Of a DNA stretch of 64,000 nt, positions 61,367 through 64,000 are shown piece after piece. Every line of letters begins with the position of its first letter. Positions within the stretch are counted from its first letter, which is position 1. Below the pieces are notes generated by a model. It had not been told where the DNA came from, ran no database searches, and saw only the letters and a program-made list of their open reading frames with translations. Origin of the DNA: an uncultured Chloroflexia bacterium (lineage in GTDB: Bacteria; Chloroflexota; Limnocylindria; Limnocylindrales; CSP1-4); contig CAWEHW010000004.1 in NCBI GenBank assembly GCA_963809045.1, positions 331,816-395,815 on the forward strand, given 5' to 3'. The position numbers were made by a program, and so were the translations under genes.

Positions 61367-61501
61367 CGAATCCCTCTCTCCGCCGCTCGGCCGCCGCCGC
61401 TGTGACCGTCAGAGTAACGTCCGCCAAAGCAGGTCGCGCGACGTCCGGCTGCCAGGTTCGGGCGATACTTGGCGCGAGCAGCGCCGTCCGAAGGAGCAGG
61501 C

Positions 61502-62167
61502 ATGTCGACAACCGAGGACCTCGTCGCCGCCGTGAACGCCGGCGATGCGGAGCAGGTCGCGGCCCTCGTCACCGGGGACCCGGGGCTCGCCTCGACGAAG
61601 GACGGTGACGGCGTTTCGGTGCTCATGCTCGCCCGGTATCGGTCGAACCGGGCCGTCACCGATGCGCTGCTCGCCGCAGACCCCGAGCTCGACGTGTTCG
61701 AGGCCGCGGCGCTCGGCTACCTCGATCGGCTTCGCGAACGGCTCGACGACGACCCATCCAGCATCGGGGCGCTCTCGGCTGATGGGTACACGGCGCTGCA
61801 TTTCGCGGCCTTCTTCGCCAAGCCCGAAGCGGCGCGGATCCTTCTCGAGGCGGGAGCGCCTGTCGACGTGGCGGCAGCGAACGAGACGCGAGTCCAGCCA
61901 TTGCATAGCGCGGCGGCCGGGCGAGAGTCCGATATCTGTCGCCTGCTGCTGGCCGCCGGTGCCGACGTCGATGCCCGCCAGGCGGGCGGGTTCACGCCGC
62001 TCCACGCAGCCGCCCAGAACGGCGATCCCGTGATGGTCGAGCTCTTGCTGTCGGCTGGCGCCGATCCAGGGCTCACCACCGACACCGGCAAGACTGCCGC
62101 CGATCTGGCCGACGAGGCGGCCCACCCGGACGTGGCGACCCGGCTCCGCGGGGTAGCCGCGGGGTAG
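61502..62167 (+). CDS. Ankyrin-repeat protein
   Basis: At least four ANK repeats (DGYTALHFAA, TRVQPLHSAA, GGFTPLHAAAQNG, KTAADLA). Confidence 0.75.
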   Translation: MSTTEDLVAAVNAGDAEQVAALVTGDPGLASTKDGDGVSVLMLARYRSNRAVTDALLAADPELDVFEAAALGYLDRLRERLDDDPSSIGALSADGYTALHFAAFFAKPEAARILLEAGAPVDVAAANETRVQPLHSAAAGRESDICRLLLAAGADVDARQAGGFTPLHAAAQNGDPVMVELLLSAGADPGLTTDTGKTAADLADEAAHPDVATRLRGVAAG

Positions 62168-62345
62168 CCGCTTGCGAGTGGCCGTCGACGGTTTGCGAGC
62201 CGTGAGGCCGGCTTGGCGAGGCGCGCGAGGCCTGAGGCACGGTTTGCAAGAGGCCCCTCGGCGGTTTGCGCCGCGCGAGGCCGCTTTGCGAACCGCGCGA
62301 GCGTCGGGAGCGGCCGGTTTGTGCCAAATGCACCTCAGGTGAGCA
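62150..62345. repeat. Degenerate tandem-repeat array (GGTTTGCGAG-like 10-mers embedded in about 20-30-bp units, roughly 6 copies), preceded by an 11-bp tandem duplication spanning the ankyrin stop
   Basis: Copies ggtttgcgag, ggcttggcgag, ggtttgcaag, ggtttgcgcc, gctttgcgaa and ggtttgtgcc sit at roughly 20-30-bp spacing. gcggggtagcc occurs twice in tandem at 62150-62171. Confidence 0.6.
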
Positions 62346-62554
62346 TTGGTCAGGCCAGGGAGCTCGCTGGGTCCCGATCCCACGCTCAGCGGCGGCCCAC
62401 GTGCGTGCCAGATCCCACACGAGCCGCACATTTGACCGGGTTTCGTTGACGAGTGCTCGCCTGGGGAGCATCTGACAGGGATCGCTCGGCCGCACCCCGT
62501 GACGCGGGCCGGAGCAGGCCGCTGGGGTTCGGCCGGCTGGGTTCGGCCGGCTCG

Positions 62555-63967
62555 TCAGCCTCGCTCGAGGTAGCGCTCGCGGTCCCAGGGGTGGACCATC
62601 GAGTCGTACGTCTCCTGCTCCACCCGGGCCGCGTTGAGATAGTGGTCGACGACCTCCTGCCCGAGGATCTCGACGGCCGCCTCCGAGCGTTCCAGCTCCC
62701 AGATGGCCTCGTACAGTGCCCTGGGCATTCGCTGGACACCCGTCGCGAGGTACCCGTTCCCCTTGAACTCGTCGTCGAGCGGTAGCTCGTGCTCGATCCC
62801 GTACAGCCCGGCGCCCATCATCGCGGCATAGGTCAGGTAGGCGTTCATGTCGCCGCCGGGGAACCGGTCCTCCACGTGCAAGGCCGGCCCGCGACCGACG
62901 AGCCGGAACCCGGTCGTGCGGTTGTCGCGACCCCATACGACGTTGACCGGCGCCCAGGACAACGAGGCGTATCGCTTGTACGAGTTGATGAACGGCGCGA
63001 TGAACACGGCCAGCTCCCGGGACAGCTTCATCATCCCGGCGACGAAATGCTGGCCGACCTCCGACAGCCCATACGGGCCGGCGTTGGCGCCATCGGCGGC
63101 GTGCATCAGTGGCACGTCCCTTTTCGCGTCCCAGAGGCTCATGTGCAGGTGCCCGGAGGATCCGGTCCAGCGATGGTCCGGCTTGGCCATGAACGTGATG
63201 CCCCAGCCGTTGAGGTACGCGATCTCCTTGGCCCCGTGCTTGAAGACCACGCTCCGATCCGCCGAGGTGAGGACGTGGTCGTACCGGATGTTGACCTCGT
63301 GCTGGCCGTTTGCTGCCTCGCCCTTGCTGAACTCGATCGGCACGTCCGCGGCGGTCATCTGGTTGCGCAGGAGCCGGTGAAGCGGCTCGGCCTTGGTGGC
63401 CTGGAGCAGGTGGTAGTCCTCGTTGTAGTGACCGAAGGCGCGCGGGACGGGCCAGCCACGCTCGGCGAGCTCCTCCCATGAGTCCTTGAGCACGTAGAAC
63501 TCGAATTCCGAGCCGGCCTTGAGCGTGTAGCCGAGCTTGGCGGCGCGGGCCACCTGGTGCTTGAGGATGGTTCGTGGGGCGATCGGGATCTCCTGGCCCG
63601 TCTCTTCGTCGACCGCGTCGGCCAGGACCATGGCGGTCCCGGGCAGCCAGGGCAGGACCCGCAGCTGGTCCCAGATCGGCTCGGCGACCCAGTCGCCATA
63701 GCCGGTCTCCCAGTTCATCAGCTTGTAGCCATCGGGCGTGGTCATCTCCATGTCCGTGCCCAGGAGGTACGTGCAGAAGTGGGCCCCGTGCGCGATCACG
63801 CCGTCGAGGAACGCCTGGCCCTGGACCCGTTTGCCCATCAGCCGGCCCTGCATGTCCGTGATGGCGACCACGATCGTGTCGATCTGGCCATCACGGACCA
63901 TCTCTTCAAGCTCGATCAACCGGTGGTGCTTCGCCGGGTGCGCCTGGTCGTGCTCGTGATCCCTCAT
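62555..63967 (-). CDS. Glutamine synthetase family protein (GlnA-like / gamma-glutamyl-amine ligase)
   Basis: GS catalytic-domain motifs (FDGSS-like GSEFEFY, NGQHEVN, HLHMSLW, SYKRY). 470 aa. Confidence 0.8.
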   Translation of the reverse strand: MRDHEHDQAHPAKHHRLIELEEMVRDGQIDTIVVAITDMQGRLMGKRVQGQAFLDGVIAHGAHFCTYLLGTDMEMTTPDGYKLMNWETGYGDWVAEPIWDQLRVLPWLPGTAMVLADAVDEETGQEIPIAPRTILKHQVARAAKLGYTLKAGSEFEFYVLKDSWEELAERGWPVPRAFGHYNEDYHLLQATKAEPLHRLLRNQMTAADVPIEFSKGEAANGQHEVNIRYDHVLTSADRSVVFKHGAKEIAYLNGWGITFMAKPDHRWTGSSGHLHMSLWDAKRDVPLMHAADGANAGPYGLSEVGQHFVAGMMKLSRELAVFIAPFINSYKRYASLSWAPVNVVWGRDNRTTGFRLVGRGPALHVEDRFPGGDMNAYLTYAAMMGAGLYGIEHELPLDDEFKGNGYLATGVQRMPRALYEAIWELERSEAAVEILGQEVVDHYLNAARVEQETYDSMVHPWDRERYLERG

Positions 63968-64000
63968 CGGTGTCTCCGGGTCGGTGTCTGTCGCGGGATG

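Noticed and set aside
62150-62345. Possible CRISPR array.
   Set aside because: Repeat units are about 10-12 bp, degenerate and irregularly spaced. There are no unique spacers of 30-40 bp, and no cas genes in the window.

Overview
This is a chromosomal segment of roughly 70% GC, consistent with an actinobacterium or a similar high-GC organism. Genes are densely packed, many overlap by 1-4 nt (ATGA/GTGA junctions), and starts are often GTG or TTG. I found no transposase, integrase, CRISPR array, rRNA or convincing tRNA. In window order the content is:

- 1-2.4 kb: a partial sugar ABC transporter (ATPase and permease).
- 2.4-4.1 kb: a bicupin gene and an SDR gene, both frameshifted.
- 4.15-5.7 kb: a fused aroK-aroB gene on the minus strand carrying an in-frame TGA.
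- 6.0-9.1 kb: TRAP transporter dctPQM.
- 9.1-20.5 kb: three IclR regulators flanking a catabolic cluster made of a CoA-acylating aldehyde dehydrogenase, a TPP-dependent enzyme, a small citrate-synthase-like protein, a cupin and a family III CoA-transferase. A phosphotriesterase-family protein, a Zn-dependent alcohol dehydrogenase and a heavily frameshifted aroQ follow.
- 20.6-28.1 kb: a complete corrinoid-dependent methyl-transfer operon: corrinoid protein, DUF1638-like protein, small protein, MtrH-like methyl-THF methyltransferase, the reductive activator RACo, an MttB-family methyltransferase and MetF.
- 28.3-31.5 kb: Co/Ni ECF transporter cbiM, a PDGLE protein, cbiQ and cbiO on the minus strand, with a divergent Fur-family regulator.
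- 31.7-34.4 kb: an Rrf2 regulator followed by sufC and sufS.
- 34.5-40.4 kb: an opposite-strand five-gene operon of uncharacterised secreted or membrane proteins that splits sufS from sufU. This is the best candidate in the window for an undescribed system.
- 40.5-44.3 kb: sufU, then the sulfur-carrier cysteine pathway moeZ-cysO-cysM-mec. The MoeZ has its rhodanese domain at the N-terminus.
- 44.3-50.4 kb: a secreted S33 peptidase, an ECF transporter module (two fused ATPase halves, T and S components) and a nucleoside hydrolase.
- 50.4-64 kb: a second shikimate-kinase-like gene, purE, an HtrA-like protease, an HxlR regulator, a NUDIX hydrolase, a GNAT acetyltransferase, an aldehyde dehydrogenase, a Kef-type antiporter, a ROK kinase, an SDR, an ankyrin-repeat protein, a degenerate tandem-repeat array and a glutamine-synthetase-family gene.

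The sequence carries many apparent single-base frameshifts and two in-frame TGA codons inside otherwise well-conserved genes. They are concentrated at 2.4-4.4 kb and 17.7-19.2 kb. Most likely these are assembly or sequencing errors, but real decay of the shikimate-pathway genes aroB and aroQ cannot be excluded from sequence alone.
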